A stretch of DNA of 64,000 nt, from IMG/VR virus record IMGVR_UViG_3300037475_000071, positions 36,156-100,155 of that record; one strand, 5' to 3'. The stretch is from a virus. The notes under the pieces were generated by a model. That model was not told the origin of the DNA, made no database searches, and saw nothing but the letters and a program-made list of their open reading frames with translations. A program made the position numbers and the translations under genes. How positions within the stretch are numbered: the first letter of the stretch is position 1; each line of letters opens with the position of its first letter. Below, piece by piece: positions 45,518 to 55,343 of this stretch.

Positions 45518-45771
45518 TCCATGTGCCCCTGTAAGCGATTAGTTACCAAGTCAATTAACGACTGCACAGTGGTGAGAGCGGCGACATCTTTACCGCCGAG
45601 ACTAGCTTTCGTTCCCAGTGCGTCTTCTAAATCAACGCTGACAAGTAGTAAGTCCAAAGAGTCTAGTTCCAGAGATTCAAACGTATCCCACGGATGAACA
45701 CAAGTAGGGTCTACCTCTTGTACACGAGCTATTGATGCGGTTACTACTTCTTCTACGCTTGGGGAGCTCAT
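45514..45771 (-). CDS. acyl carrier protein
   Basis: Small acidic protein, DTFESLELDSLDLLLVSVDLEDALG...LTTVQSLIDLV; phosphopantetheine Ser codon at 45658-60; GAGG RBS favours ATG 45771. Confidence 0.85.
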   Translation of the reverse strand: MSSPSVEEVVTASIARVQEVDPTCVHPWDTFESLELDSLDLLLVSVDLEDALGTKASLGGKDVAALTTVQSLIDLVTNRLQGHME

Positions 45772-45779
45772 GATTTTCC

Positions 45780-46175
45780 TCACTCATTTCCGGGATAGTA
45801 AGCATTCAATAAATCTGATACTCGACGTTTGCCACCCAGTGCATCTATTAGCTTCAGGCGTTTATTAGTATTGCCTTTGCTTCTAATCAAGAGAAGGGTA
45901 AGGTAATCAAACACCTGCTCAGATAGCTCAACATTGGCAAAGCTAGCGCAGTCCAGCGTCATTGTGAATCCAAGCATCTCTTCGATATTAGTAATGTCAA
46001 ACTTGGAATCGGTGAGGCAGCAGTTTATGAGAGTTGCGCCACTACACTTGGTAATGACGCACTCCCTAAACAGTGCATCCCTGTATATGCGGGGTTCGAG
46101 CTTCACATTATTTTCGCGGATGTGAATCTCAGTCCACGAACGCAATGAGGGTCTTCCGTTGGCTAATACAGGCAT
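45780..46175 (-). CDS. hypothetical protein with pentapeptide-like segment
   Basis: RDALFRECVI..SGATLINCCLTDSKF. Confidence 0.65.
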   Translation of the reverse strand: MPVLANGRPSLRSWTEIHIRENNVKLEPRIYRDALFRECVITKCSGATLINCCLTDSKFDITNIEEMLGFTMTLDCASFANVELSEQVFDYLTLLLIRSKGNTNKRLKLIDALGGKRRVSDLLNAYYPGNE

Positions 46176-46186
46176 GGCTTTTATTC

Positions 46187-49100
46187 CTATAAAGTGACGC
46201 CGAATCTGCGCCAGTTGTCTAACTCGTTAGCAATCCCGCGTGCCACATCGGAACCGCCTTTCATTCCCGGCAAGTTAACATGGATAGGCCCATTGATAAC
46301 AATCGAAGACGGGGGCGGAGTAGATGAACCCGTAGCACCGAATCCTGGCAAACCTCCGGGCAACTGTGCAGGATTAAACGGAGATGTGCCGTTAAAATAG
46401 CCAGTATTAGGGTTGGCCTGCAACCCGCTTATGGCTTGTATAATGGCATACATCTCTTTGTAATTTGCCAACTGCTCGTTCAAAGAATAAGCCTGTAAAG
46501 CAGCGTCTTCTTTGTGCAAAGCATTGATGTCGGTAGTCAACCCAAATAGTGCATTCTCTTGGCTGACCTTGTTCTGTTCAATGCTTATCTGGTTGTCGGT
46601 GTCACTCAACTGTTGCTTCAACTGCTCTAGTTGCAGCTTGGTCTGTTGCGCGGCCAACCCCATAGCAGGAGCCTGTCGGCGCTCGATTGAGTCTGACATC
46701 TGATTCTCAAGCTGAAGAATAGACAACTGAATAGACTGTCTACTCAACATCAAGCCGTTCAACGTGTAGTTGTCCTGAACTGCCTGCTGAAGCCCTTGGT
46801 TATATTGGTCTTGTAGCTTCCTAGCTTGGTCAGCTAACTCAACGTCTTGATAGCGTGTGGCAAGAGCGGTATTGCCTCCGTCTTTATCAATGTACTGCTT
46901 AACTTGTTGCTCAATTGTCGCCCAAGTCTGCATCCACTGTTGCCCAACCTGAGTAGATTGAGTCATCGTAGCCGCTAGAATGCCCATCTGGTCACGGCCA
47001 GCTAATGCCTGAGCATTTAACGCATCCTCAGTTTGTTTAACCTGTAACAGAATTTGGCTGAGATAGCCTTCCCCACCTTTTACACCGGAGAGTTGCGAAA
47101 TCGCCAGTTGCTGCTCTTGTTGCAAAGCCGCCATTGTTTGCGCGAACGTAGCAGTGTTGTTCTGGAAGTTCTGAAGAATACCGTCAAACTTCTTTTGAAT
47201 ATCATCAGCTATGTTTTTTGCTTGTTTAGCAAACATGCCGCCTATCATTCCGATGATAGAACCAACTGCTCCAACGGCTGCGCCAATTCCAGGAAGAGCT
47301 GAGCCGATGGAACCCATCATGCCGCCCATCTTAGATAAAACATCCCCACCCTGCTGCGCGACACCGCTAATACCCCCCGCTACTGCACCTATCTGCTCAT
47401 AGCGATTGCCTTGGGCTTGCAGCAATTTCTGAGTAGTTTGCTCTAGGAGGGCGAACGCTTGAGATACTTTGTCAGAACCTTGTTTAAGGTCGTCAAAGAA
47501 CCCAGCACTCTGCATAGTGCCGCTGCTATCCAACTGCTTTTGGAATACGTGAGACGAATTGTATTCAGACAACTGTGCTTGCTGATCTTGCGTTACATTA
47601 GATTGAGCGGCTCTCTTCTGCTCCATAGTAGAAGAGGCGTTCGCATTGACGGCTGCCAGATATTCTTGGTCGGCCTTCAAACGCTGAGCCAGCAACGCAT
47701 TTAATTGCTGCTGCTTCTCTGCCCCGTCCTTTACGGTTGAGGCATAAGCAATCTGCGCGTTGATGAGAGCGGTATCGTTTTCGTGTTTTTCAGAAGAGTC
47801 CTTAAGACTGCCAGTAGCCAGCGTATGTGAATCCTGTGAGCGTTGACCAGCCTGACTGGAATCCAGCACACTTAGTTTATCCGTGTACCCTTGGTATTCT
47901 TTCGTACCGGGAACCGCTCCAGAGGCATCTCGTTGCTTGACTATAGCCGCTCGTGCTTCGTTGTAGAGGCTAATCTGCAGGGCAATCTCTGCTTTAGCCG
48001 CATCCTCATACGACATCAAACCTTCCTGTGCGGAACGTTTGAATAGCATGTTCATAATGCTATAATGCTCCTCAGCCATTTTCTGCTGAGTCTGGTACTT
48101 CATTTGGTCGATGCTGACCGTGGTTTTGAAATCTTCGGTGGAGTCGGCAGTACCCTGCTTTTTGGCATCCGCTTTTAGCTTGTCTACGGTGTCGCCCATC
48201 CCGCTGAGTTTGTCAGGAGCACCCTTTATGCTGCCATACTTGGCCCGCATTTGGTCTAGCAGTTGCTGAGCTTCAACCAACTCCCCGCGGCGCAAAGCCA
48301 TGCGGTGTTCGGTACCAGCGTGGACGGTCTCCGTTGATTCAGCTTCCATCTGCTTCTGAGAATCTAGGAGTTCTCCGTATTTGGATTTAATCTCCTCCAA
48401 ACCGTGAGACCACTCTTCGCGCATTTTAGCGATGGCGTCTTTGCTCTTGTCGGTCGGGAGAGGAACTCGTCCTCCACTGAATGCGTTATTCTTGCCGCCG
48501 CTCTCTGCGTCGGTTGCTTTGCTAGCAAACCTGTCAGCATCTACGCTCTCAACCATAAGAGCAAGGCGCTGGCGTTCTGCCTCAAGCTCCGCTGACTGCT
48601 TCTCTTGCGAAGCCTTAACAGCCGCTGAAGCAGACTCCATCGCGGCTTTGACGTTTCCGCCTAGCGGGGTCTTTAGTACGTTCCACAACTGTCGTGCCGC
48701 TTCCGCCGTAGTAGCGAGAGTGCCTCGGAACGTCTCCACTATCAGCGTTACTTGCGCGAAACCTTCCGCCAAGAACGCTAGAACAGGATGGCCCTCTCCG
48801 CCTGCGGCGGTGAGTGCCGGGCCAAGTTTCAATATCTCAGCAACTAACTGCCCCGCGGCATTAGCCAGCAACTCAATGCTGTTTTTATTTGAATTGATAT
48901 AATCCAGAGTTCCCTTGATAATCTCGGAGAACTCTTTTACTACTGGAGCAGCAAAAGCACTTTCAATCTTTTCTTTTTGACGGCCCAGTTGCTTTTCTAA
49001 CACTTCTTGGTTATCTTGCGCCGTTTTAACCTGAGCATTGTAGGGAGCAAAGGCGGGAGCCAAAAGCTCCAGCAAGTTCTTGTGCTCTAATGCCTCTTGC

Positions 49101-50107
49101 CTAATGGCTTCCCATTGTACTTTAGTGAGATTTAAGGTCTGAAGTAGTTTCGAGCTAGGAGCTTCTGTGCCTTCCAATAACTTAGGAATTTCGCTCACCA
49201 AAGCGCGGGTGCCTTCGCTGCTTTTGCCAGCAGCTTTCATTGCCAGCGCGAACTCCGTGGTCAACTGAACAAGCTGATCCACGTCTTTGGTCATAGCTCC
49301 GCCACCGCTGTCAACGATGGACTTGAAAGAATTCTCCAATTGCTTTGGGTCTAGGTTAGCTGCGGCGGCGTTATCACGGAGATGCGACACCGCATACTGT
49401 GCGCTCTCGCCAGCCATCTTGAAGTTGGTAGCAAAGTCGCTGCTGAACTTCAGATTGGAAGCCATCACGCCTTGTAGGTCGGAGGCTTCCTGCTGAAACT
49501 TTTCCATGTAAGTAATGCCGTCCATAAGCGCGTGCGGAATCGCCATGAACAATTCAGTAATACCGTTAATAACCGCATACAATGCGGTACCAACTGTTGC
49601 CATAGTGGTAAGATAGCCCGCCATAGCCGCAATACCAGCCGCACCTTGGCCCCCCATCGTAAGGCCACTCATGAAGTTGCTAACCACGCCTGCTTCTGGG
49701 TCTACGCCAAACATTGAGGCGCGTTTGCCACCACGCTTGGTAGGAGCGAAGCCTCCGCCTGCCCCAGCTTGTGTTTCTTTTAACTTAGTTAAGTTCTCCT
49801 CAGTGCGTGCAACTGCGGAATCAATCTGGCTGAGTTCTTTAACAACAGCGTTGCCCATCAGCGTGAAGTCTTCCTTCACCTGTGAACTAAGGCCATCTAC
49901 TTGAGCACCCAGTTCGGCCAATGTGTCTTGAAGACCTTGCGTAGATATAATCTGGGAAGGGTCAATCCCGGCCTTTTTAGCGGACTCTGACATGCGCCCC
50001 AAGGACTCATTCCACATCTTTTCTATCGACGATAAATCCGCAGCAAACGCATCGGTGTCGATACAAAGTGAGAGTACATCCTTAAACGCGGACTGATCTT
50101 CTGCCAT
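46187..50107 (-). CDS. tape measure protein
   Basis: 1306 aa Ala/Gln-rich helical protein after tail chaperones; C-terminal IVINGPIHVN. Confidence 0.88.
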   Translation of the reverse strand: MAEDQSAFKDVLSLCIDTDAFAADLSSIEKMWNESLGRMSESAKKAGIDPSQIISTQGLQDTLAELGAQVDGLSSQVKEDFTLMGNAVVKELSQIDSAVARTEENLTKLKETQAGAGGGFAPTKRGGKRASMFGVDPEAGVVSNFMSGLTMGGQGAAGIAAMAGYLTTMATVGTALYAVINGITELFMAIPHALMDGITYMEKFQQEASDLQGVMASNLKFSSDFATNFKMAGESAQYAVSHLRDNAAAANLDPKQLENSFKSIVDSGGGAMTKDVDQLVQLTTEFALAMKAAGKSSEGTRALVSEIPKLLEGTEAPSSKLLQTLNLTKVQWEAIRQEALEHKNLLELLAPAFAPYNAQVKTAQDNQEVLEKQLGRQKEKIESAFAAPVVKEFSEIIKGTLDYINSNKNSIELLANAAGQLVAEILKLGPALTAAGGEGHPVLAFLAEGFAQVTLIVETFRGTLATTAEAARQLWNVLKTPLGGNVKAAMESASAAVKASQEKQSAELEAERQRLALMVESVDADRFASKATDAESGGKNNAFSGGRVPLPTDKSKDAIAKMREEWSHGLEEIKSKYGELLDSQKQMEAESTETVHAGTEHRMALRRGELVEAQQLLDQMRAKYGSIKGAPDKLSGMGDTVDKLKADAKKQGTADSTEDFKTTVSIDQMKYQTQQKMAEEHYSIMNMLFKRSAQEGLMSYEDAAKAEIALQISLYNEARAAIVKQRDASGAVPGTKEYQGYTDKLSVLDSSQAGQRSQDSHTLATGSLKDSSEKHENDTALINAQIAYASTVKDGAEKQQQLNALLAQRLKADQEYLAAVNANASSTMEQKRAAQSNVTQDQQAQLSEYNSSHVFQKQLDSSGTMQSAGFFDDLKQGSDKVSQAFALLEQTTQKLLQAQGNRYEQIGAVAGGISGVAQQGGDVLSKMGGMMGSIGSALPGIGAAVGAVGSIIGMIGGMFAKQAKNIADDIQKKFDGILQNFQNNTATFAQTMAALQQEQQLAISQLSGVKGGEGYLSQILLQVKQTEDALNAQALAGRDQMGILAATMTQSTQVGQQWMQTWATIEQQVKQYIDKDGGNTALATRYQDVELADQARKLQDQYNQGLQQAVQDNYTLNGLMLSRQSIQLSILQLENQMSDSIERRQAPAMGLAAQQTKLQLEQLKQQLSDTDNQISIEQNKVSQENALFGLTTDINALHKEDAALQAYSLNEQLANYKEMYAIIQAISGLQANPNTGYFNGTSPFNPAQLPGGLPGFGATGSSTPPPSSIVINGPIHVNLPGMKGGSDVARGIANELDNWRRFGVTL

Positions 50108-50133
50108 TGAGTTTATTCCTTGGGTAAATGAGG

Positions 50134-50658
50134 CTAGAGTTCTTCTATGCGAACGTTGGCGGCAAACGCTTCAGCGGCGGATTCGCCCTGAAGTCTGCCC
50201 TCGACACTAGTTCCGGGAAGTTGCTCTGCAAAACTAGTGGTAATGCGGTCTACAGCGTAAGGCAGCACATTAGACATGAGAGCTTCGTGCGCAGCCTCTG
50301 GGTCTAGGTTGCCTTGAAGAGCTATGCCTATTGTCTGTGCCGCGTATTTAAGTATGTCATCTACTACTTTACCAACCATGTGACGAGCAGCGATGGGCGG
50401 GTGCATCTCGGTGTATGGAGGGCCGACTCTAGGTACGTATGTGGCCTCTGGGAATTGGGCGGTTTCAGGCAGCCTAAGGTCTTTGGCAAAAACTACGTCG
50501 ATAGGGTATGCCGTGGCCGTTCCGAACTCGTGGTAATACCACCAACGAAGTTCATCGGGCACCGTCAGCTTTCCAGCTATCTTGGTGCCTTGGAACTTAC
50601 TACGCATACTCTGCAACTTGCTGGCGAGGGCTCCATTGGACTTCAATTCGAAACCCAT
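50134..50658 (-). CDS. tail completion/neck protein (HK97 gp10-like)
   Basis: YHEFGT...HP.I.ARH; GAGGAG RBS before ATG 50658. Confidence 0.65.
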   Translation of the reverse strand: MGFELKSNGALASKLQSMRSKFQGTKIAGKLTVPDELRWWYYHEFGTATAYPIDVVFAKDLRLPETAQFPEATYVPRVGPPYTEMHPPIAARHMVGKVVDDILKYAAQTIGIALQGNLDPEAAHEALMSNVLPYAVDRITTSFAEQLPGTSVEGRLQGESAAEAFAANVRIEEL

Positions 50659-50669
50659 TGGAAAGCTCC

Positions 50670-51020
50670 TCAGTTCAGAAAGTCCTTGTAATAATGCTTC
50701 CACTGCTTAGAGTCCATATTCTTCAACTCAGGTGAACCAGCATCCTGCACCGATTTAGGCGTAGGCTCTTGGCCCTCTTCCTGTTTCTCCCGCTCACGCT
50801 TTGCGTCGAATCGGCGTTGACTCCGCTCACGATTGACCCACGCAGCATGGTTCAAAAGAACAAGCTGAGGAACGGTGAGCTTCATGGCATCTGCGTACGA
50901 CCAGTGATAAGCCTCACACAGGGACGCGACTACCAAAAGCGGGTTCCCTTTGTCCTCTATTCCGAAGGTTGGGTCTTCAATCCAAGCATCTTCATCAGCG
51001 GAAGAATCTGTCCGAAAAAA
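50670..51020 (-). CDS. tail assembly chaperone GT extension, reached by -1 frameshift
   Basis: -1 frame open from slippery site to stop at 50670; LCEAYHWSY...LT.PQL. Confidence 0.8.
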   Translation of the reverse strand, partial: FFRTDSSADEDAWIEDPTFGIEDKGNPLLVVASLCEAYHWSYADAMKLTVPQLVLLNHAAWVNRERSQRRFDAKREREKQEEGQEPTPKSVQDAGSPELKNMDSKQWKHYYKDFLN

Positions 51021-51463
51021 CTTGTAAACTGTGCCACTACGTTGTTCCGCACCAGTTGTTTAACCACAATGGCGGCGAGCACAAACGGGGTTTTACCGTT
51101 GGTCTTAACTTCCTCAACAGTGATGTCGGGAACGGTCTGAGCACAAATTAGGCGCACCATCTCTGGCAAGTCGGCGATGCAAAAGTCAATCAGGCGAGTT
51201 GCGGAGAGGGAACTTTCAGGCAGTTCAATGCTGGGGATGGAGATGCCTTGGCGTTGAGCCATGCCGGAGGCAACTGCATTGATGAGGGGCCTGAGATACG
51301 CGAAGAAACGAATGTAGGAATCATAGTCAAGGTCAATCACCTTGAACACACGGTCACCGAGTTTGAACTCGTCCGTAGCTAATTGAGGGTTATTAGTAGC
51401 AGCCTGTACGATGGCTTCGGGGGTTGGAGGAGTGACGGGGGTGGTTTGTTTTCTCTTGGGCAT
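50957..51463 (-). CDS. tail assembly chaperone G
   Basis: Position between tail tube and tape measure; slippery site near 3' end. Confidence 0.8.
   Translation of the reverse strand: MPKRKQTTPVTPPTPEAIVQAATNNPQLATDEFKLGDRVFKVIDLDYDSYIRFFAYLRPLINAVASGMAQRQGISIPSIELPESSLSATRLIDFCIADLPEMVRLICAQTVPDITVEEVKTNGKTPFVLAAIVVKQLVRNNVVAQFTSFFGQILPLMKMLGLKTQPSE
51014..51020 (-). promoter_or_regulatory. -1 ribosomal frameshift heptamer T TTT TTC
   Basis: In-frame AGT TTT TTC in chaperone gene. Confidence 0.8.
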
Positions 51464-51473
51464 AATTTAATAA

Positions 51474-51507
51474 AATGACGGGCCCAGGCTAAACCCTGAC
51501 CCGTCAT
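51474..51507 (-). terminator. hairpin/terminator after major tail gene
   Basis: ATGACGGG...CCCGTCAT followed by T-rich run on - strand. Confidence 0.6.
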
Positions 51508-51524
51508 AGTTGTGTGTCTTATCC

Positions 51525-52184
51525 TTATTCGAACAAGGTGGCGCGAAGAACTTCTTGGTTGCTCTGTCCAGAGCAGGTGAACCACGGACAGGTAGCGGTC
51601 AGCTTCAGGTTAATCTGGTCGGACTTCTGTTCCAGTTCAAAGTTAACGTAGGCAGCAGGGTTGATGAACTGCCATTCCACGCCGTCCAGTTTGTTCTGGG
51701 TAACGAACAGCAATCCGACGATGTTCAAATCTTCCTGACCAAAGCCGTAGCTGATAATCGAACCAGACTGCAACACTGAAGCGGTAAGACCAGTTGCCTT
51801 TTCCAGAACGTAGTCACTGAACTGAGTGAACGAACCTTCGAGGACGCAGGTCTTTTCGTTGACGTACTGCGCACGCAGAACCTGGTCAATTCCAGTGCGT
51901 ACGTCTTTGGTTTTCTTCTGATAGGTAATCTTAAGCTGGCCGTCGATTATACCTAGGTCTAGCCAAGTATTACCATTTCCCGGCGTGGGAGTAGTTCCGT
52001 TTGATTTCGTAGCGTACATCGACACCGGAAATGCCGTCAATGACTCCGCAATCGTCACTCCGGTATTGTTAGCCAGAATGTACACACGAGGTGCCTCAAT
52101 ATGCTTAATCGACTGCTGGGCGATTCTGCCCACACCCGCTGCTAACGGGGTTTGTTGAGTATTCCTATTATTTTGGATTGCCAC
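51525..52184 (-). CDS. major tail tube protein
   Basis: WLDLGIIDG...ITY; size and position. Confidence 0.72.
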   Translation of the reverse strand: MAIQNNRNTQQTPLAAGVGRIAQQSIKHIEAPRVYILANNTGVTIAESLTAFPVSMYATKSNGTTPTPGNGNTWLDLGIIDGQLKITYQKKTKDVRTGIDQVLRAQYVNEKTCVLEGSFTQFSDYVLEKATGLTASVLQSGSIISYGFGQEDLNIVGLLFVTQNKLDGVEWQFINPAAYVNFELEQKSDQINLKLTATCPWFTCSGQSNQEVLRATLFE

Positions 52185-52234
52185 TTAGTTATGATTCCTT
52201 TCCTTCTAACGAAGGTATGATTATTGCGAGAGGA

Positions 52235-52687
52235 CTACAAATTACTGGTATGGAGGGTTATCTTGCAGGTGTAGTGAGCGTAGAAGTCGCTGTGCACCTT
52301 GAGGAACTTTACAGACTTGTTCCAAAATATGTTAGAGCTTTGATACACGGGAGTGCCCGTTTTGTACGACTCTTTAGGGGTCATCAACGCGGCGTTAAGC
52401 AATCCCCAAATCTGATCTACCCAGTCCACCGCGGAGAGTTCATCATCATTCACCACGTCCAACGACAACTGCAATATACTTACGTGGATGTCGGGGTCTA
52501 ACGCCATTATAGAAACGTTGAATGCGTTCATTTCCAGACGGTCGGCATTGGCATCGGTGGATTGCCGGCGCACTGGGTGCACTGGGATACCGACTAGGTT
52601 GTCAGCTAAGAAATGGAGGAAGGTGTCGTAGCAATTCCTGATCGAGCCGCCATCCGAAGGAGAAGGTAGTTGCCCGAGGATGCCCAT
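52235..52687 (-). CDS. tail terminator-like protein
   Basis: 150 aa directly upstream of tail tube; position-based. Confidence 0.55.
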   Translation of the reverse strand: MGILGQLPSPSDGGSIRNCYDTFLHFLADNLVGIPVHPVRRQSTDANADRLEMNAFNVSIMALDPDIHVSILQLSLDVVNDDELSAVDWVDQIWGLLNAALMTPKESYKTGTPVYQSSNIFWNKSVKFLKVHSDFYAHYTCKITLHTSNL

Positions 52688-52705
52688 ATTTTCAAATCTC
52701 CATTT

Positions 52706-54508
52706 CTAATGCACAAACCTTGAGACAAACCATTTGGTCAGCATCACTGAGGGAGCAATAGCTGGCGTGACACCGGAAGAAAACTGATAAGCGCCGATGT
52801 CCCATGCTGTGCTTCCCGTTGGCCGTGAATTAGAAGTTCTCTGCGAACACACGGACTGAACTACTCCGCTGACGGTTTGCTCGGTACACGCATAAGTCGT
52901 ATCGCTGGTCGAGAATCCGCCGCCGGGCAGCCATGCGGAAGTCAGATTCGTGCCCGTACCGACCGTAGCCGCCGATCCGTTAGGCGGGAAATATACATAG
53001 GGACTCTGGGCACTGGTATATCCCTGCGATGTGCCTGTAGCCTGACTTTCCACTAAATTATTGGAGAAGGTGATGGTGGTTGCGCCCGTGATGGATGCGC
53101 CTCCCGACAACAGGTTTCCACTCTGCGCTGTGCCGCTTGGCGTACCGCTGGTTAGGCACATATTGTTTTGGAAGATGGCGAAGCTGGTCCAGTTAGCCCC
53201 AGAGCATCCGCTATAGGACAGGCATGAATTGCGGCCATCGACGTTCGTATTGTTCACATACCAAATGCCAGTTACGCCGGTCGAGCAACTTTGCGGGATG
53301 TTTGGGCCGTTTGTGCCATTGTCGTTATAGAAAAGGTTGTTCCATACATAGTCGGTTTCGCTGGGATTTCCGACCTGCAAACTCTCGCAGGTTACATTGT
53401 CGTGAATGCGGTTGTCGTGAATATAGTACGGGGTAGCGGTTCCCCCAAGTGTCTCGATGCAGTTGGCATGTACCCCGGCTATACCTTGGCCTAACTGAGT
53501 GATGTCATTGTACGCATACTCTCCGCCAGTTGCGGGCTTGATGCAGTTCGAAAGATAAGAACAGATCGAATGTTGCAAAGGGAACTGTATCCCACCTGCG
53601 GTGAAATGTGTACCGTCGGAGTTGTCGATTACGCTGAACGTTACCGCGCAGTTCGGGCAGGTGTTCGCACCTTCGGCGGAAATCATGCCATCATTGTCGA
53701 GAGACGATGCGCCATTCACTGTAGAGTGGATGTAAAAATCATTGAATGTCTGGTGATCCCCGGTTGTGCCAGGAATGATCCAACCGTCGCGAGTAAAGCA
53801 TCCTGTCCCTGAGCCGTTATTGCTGAAGTAATTTGCAAGCTCAATCCAGTTCCAATCGACAAAGCTGGTTGAGCCGGTGCGGATAAAGATATTATGATTC
53901 GATGTTCCGCATTCAGGTGGGTTGATTACTGAGCCTCCACCATCGAATATCGGTCGGTTCCACGTTAATAAGCCGGAGTTGTACCATGTGCAATTATTGT
54001 CGGTGGTTGTCCCGCCTATGGTTTGATTCCATGTTGCTGGCTGGGTTCCGCCGCTGGTACAGGACGCATGTGTCGGAATCTGCGGACTGTAGGCAAATCC
54101 CCCGGCATTGCCGGTGGTCGGGATGATGACTGTATTAGTGAAGTAACTGGTAGCCGCCGCCCATGCTGGCGCTGTGCAGGTGGAAGACCATGTTTGATCT
54201 ACCCCGATAGTAATGTGCGATCCGCTCGTTCCACTCCATGCCCACGTAATCGGGAAATTCGCGTTCCCCCAATCATCGCAGCCCTTTAGGACGAAGGTAT
54301 CTCCCGCGACCGGAGTGTAAGCGGCAACGTTTCCCGATGCAGACAACATTCCGGGAAGATGCGCCCAGGGCGTCGTCTTTGACTGCGCCTGCGTCGAGGT
54401 ATTTGTATCTGACCCAGAAGTGGAGATGAAATAGGTATGCTGCGCAAACGCAGGCGAAAAGCATACCGCGACAAATATCCACAACGCATATCGTCGTAAG
54501 TGGTTCAT
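52706..54508 (-). CDS. signal-peptide beta-helix protein with inserted carbohydrate-binding-like module
   Basis: MNHLRRYALWIFVAVCFSPAFA/Q; YFISTSGSD.N...PW.H, GDT..LK.G, WDIGAYQF; insert WAAATSY...SGGTQP.W...TTDNNCTW. Confidence 0.78.
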   Translation of the reverse strand: MNHLRRYALWIFVAVCFSPAFAQHTYFISTSGSDTNTSTQAQSKTTPWAHLPGMLSASGNVAAYTPVAGDTFVLKGCDDWGNANFPITWAWSGTSGSHITIGVDQTWSSTCTAPAWAAATSYFTNTVIIPTTGNAGGFAYSPQIPTHASCTSGGTQPATWNQTIGGTTTDNNCTWYNSGLLTWNRPIFDGGGSVINPPECGTSNHNIFIRTGSTSFVDWNWIELANYFSNNGSGTGCFTRDGWIIPGTTGDHQTFNDFYIHSTVNGASSLDNDGMISAEGANTCPNCAVTFSVIDNSDGTHFTAGGIQFPLQHSICSYLSNCIKPATGGEYAYNDITQLGQGIAGVHANCIETLGGTATPYYIHDNRIHDNVTCESLQVGNPSETDYVWNNLFYNDNGTNGPNIPQSCSTGVTGIWYVNNTNVDGRNSCLSYSGCSGANWTSFAIFQNNMCLTSGTPSGTAQSGNLLSGGASITGATTITFSNNLVESQATGTSQGYTSAQSPYVYFPPNGSAATVGTGTNLTSAWLPGGGFSTSDTTYACTEQTVSGVVQSVCSQRTSNSRPTGSTAWDIGAYQFSSGVTPAIAPSVMLTKWFVSRFVH

Positions 54509-54643
54509 AATTTTATGGGTACTCGAAGGTGTAGACCCCAGCTTCCTGAGAAGCTGCGGCGGTAGTTGTCGTAAGTGGTTCATAATTTTATGGGTACTCG
54601 AAGGTGTAGACCCCAGCTTCCTGAGAAGCTGCGGCGGTAGTTG
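54493..54643. repeat. perfect 75 bp tandem duplication spanning a gene junction
   Basis: 54493-54567 identical to 54568-54642. Confidence 0.95.
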
Positions 54644-55343
54644 CTGTACCGGAGACTGTGTAACTACCAACGGATGTTTCAACTGCATAGCATCCAATCA
54701 GGGCCGACGAAGTTCCGTTGCCTAGAACGGCTTGCGTAAATCCGCCGCCGCAGGAATATCCGGGATTCGCAGTGAACTGCGAAATCCATCCAAAGACGAG
54801 TTCGTGGCCTTGGGCTGTGGTTCCACTTGCATTCGTGGCCCAAGTGGTCGTGTTTTGGGCCAGCATTGCAGGGTTTTTGTCTAAGCAAGCACTGGTATTG
54901 ACGCCGGAAAATTCTAAGACCGCATCATTTTGCGAGAAGCCGCCAAAATCAATCGCAGTGAAGGCTACCGATGAGCACGTGTACCATGCCTGATCCTGTA
55001 CGCCAGCGCCAGACAACTGCGTCCAGGTCGCTGAAGGAGTTGAGACTGGGCCAGTAGACACGCAATTGTCGTTTGAATCCGCTCCGCACAAGGCAATGAC
55101 CAGGTGCCCGGTTCCAGTCGTGGCCAATGTTGGAGTGTTGTTGCACTGCGGACTTCCTGAGGTATTGATTACGCAGTGCGTGGCTGTGTTTTTGCAGTCG
55201 CAGTTGAGGTTTTGGATTAGGGCGACGCTCCCGCCGCCCCCACCCGTCACTTGGAAATCCCCGGTACCGGGATCGCCAGCCACCCCTTGGCCAAAGCAAA
55301 CAACGGAGCATAACAACATTACACTAAGAATTATTGATCGCAT
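54588..55343 (-). CDS. Cys-rich signal-peptide beta-sandwich protein
   Basis: MRSIILSVMLLCSVVCFG/Q; Gly linker; LEFSGVNT..LD. Confidence 0.75.
   Translation of the reverse strand: MRSIILSVMLLCSVVCFGQGVAGDPGTGDFQVTGGGGGSVALIQNLNCDCKNTATHCVINTSGSPQCNNTPTLATTGTGHLVIALCGADSNDNCVSTGPVSTPSATWTQLSGAGVQDQAWYTCSSVAFTAIDFGGFSQNDAVLEFSGVNTSACLDKNPAMLAQNTTTWATNASGTTAQGHELVFGWISQFTANPGYSCGGGFTQAVLGNGTSSALIGCYAVETSVGSYTVSGTATTAAASQEAGVYTFEYP

Noticed and set aside
54493-54643. Direct repeat as a CRISPR array or DGR template/variable pair
   Set aside because: Two adjacent identical copies, no spacers, no adenine-specific mismatches, and no cas or reverse transcriptase gene in the window
54509-54697. N-terminal extension of the 663 aa ORF in the track
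   Set aside because: Product of the duplication and overlap with the upstream gene; the signal peptide begins at 54508
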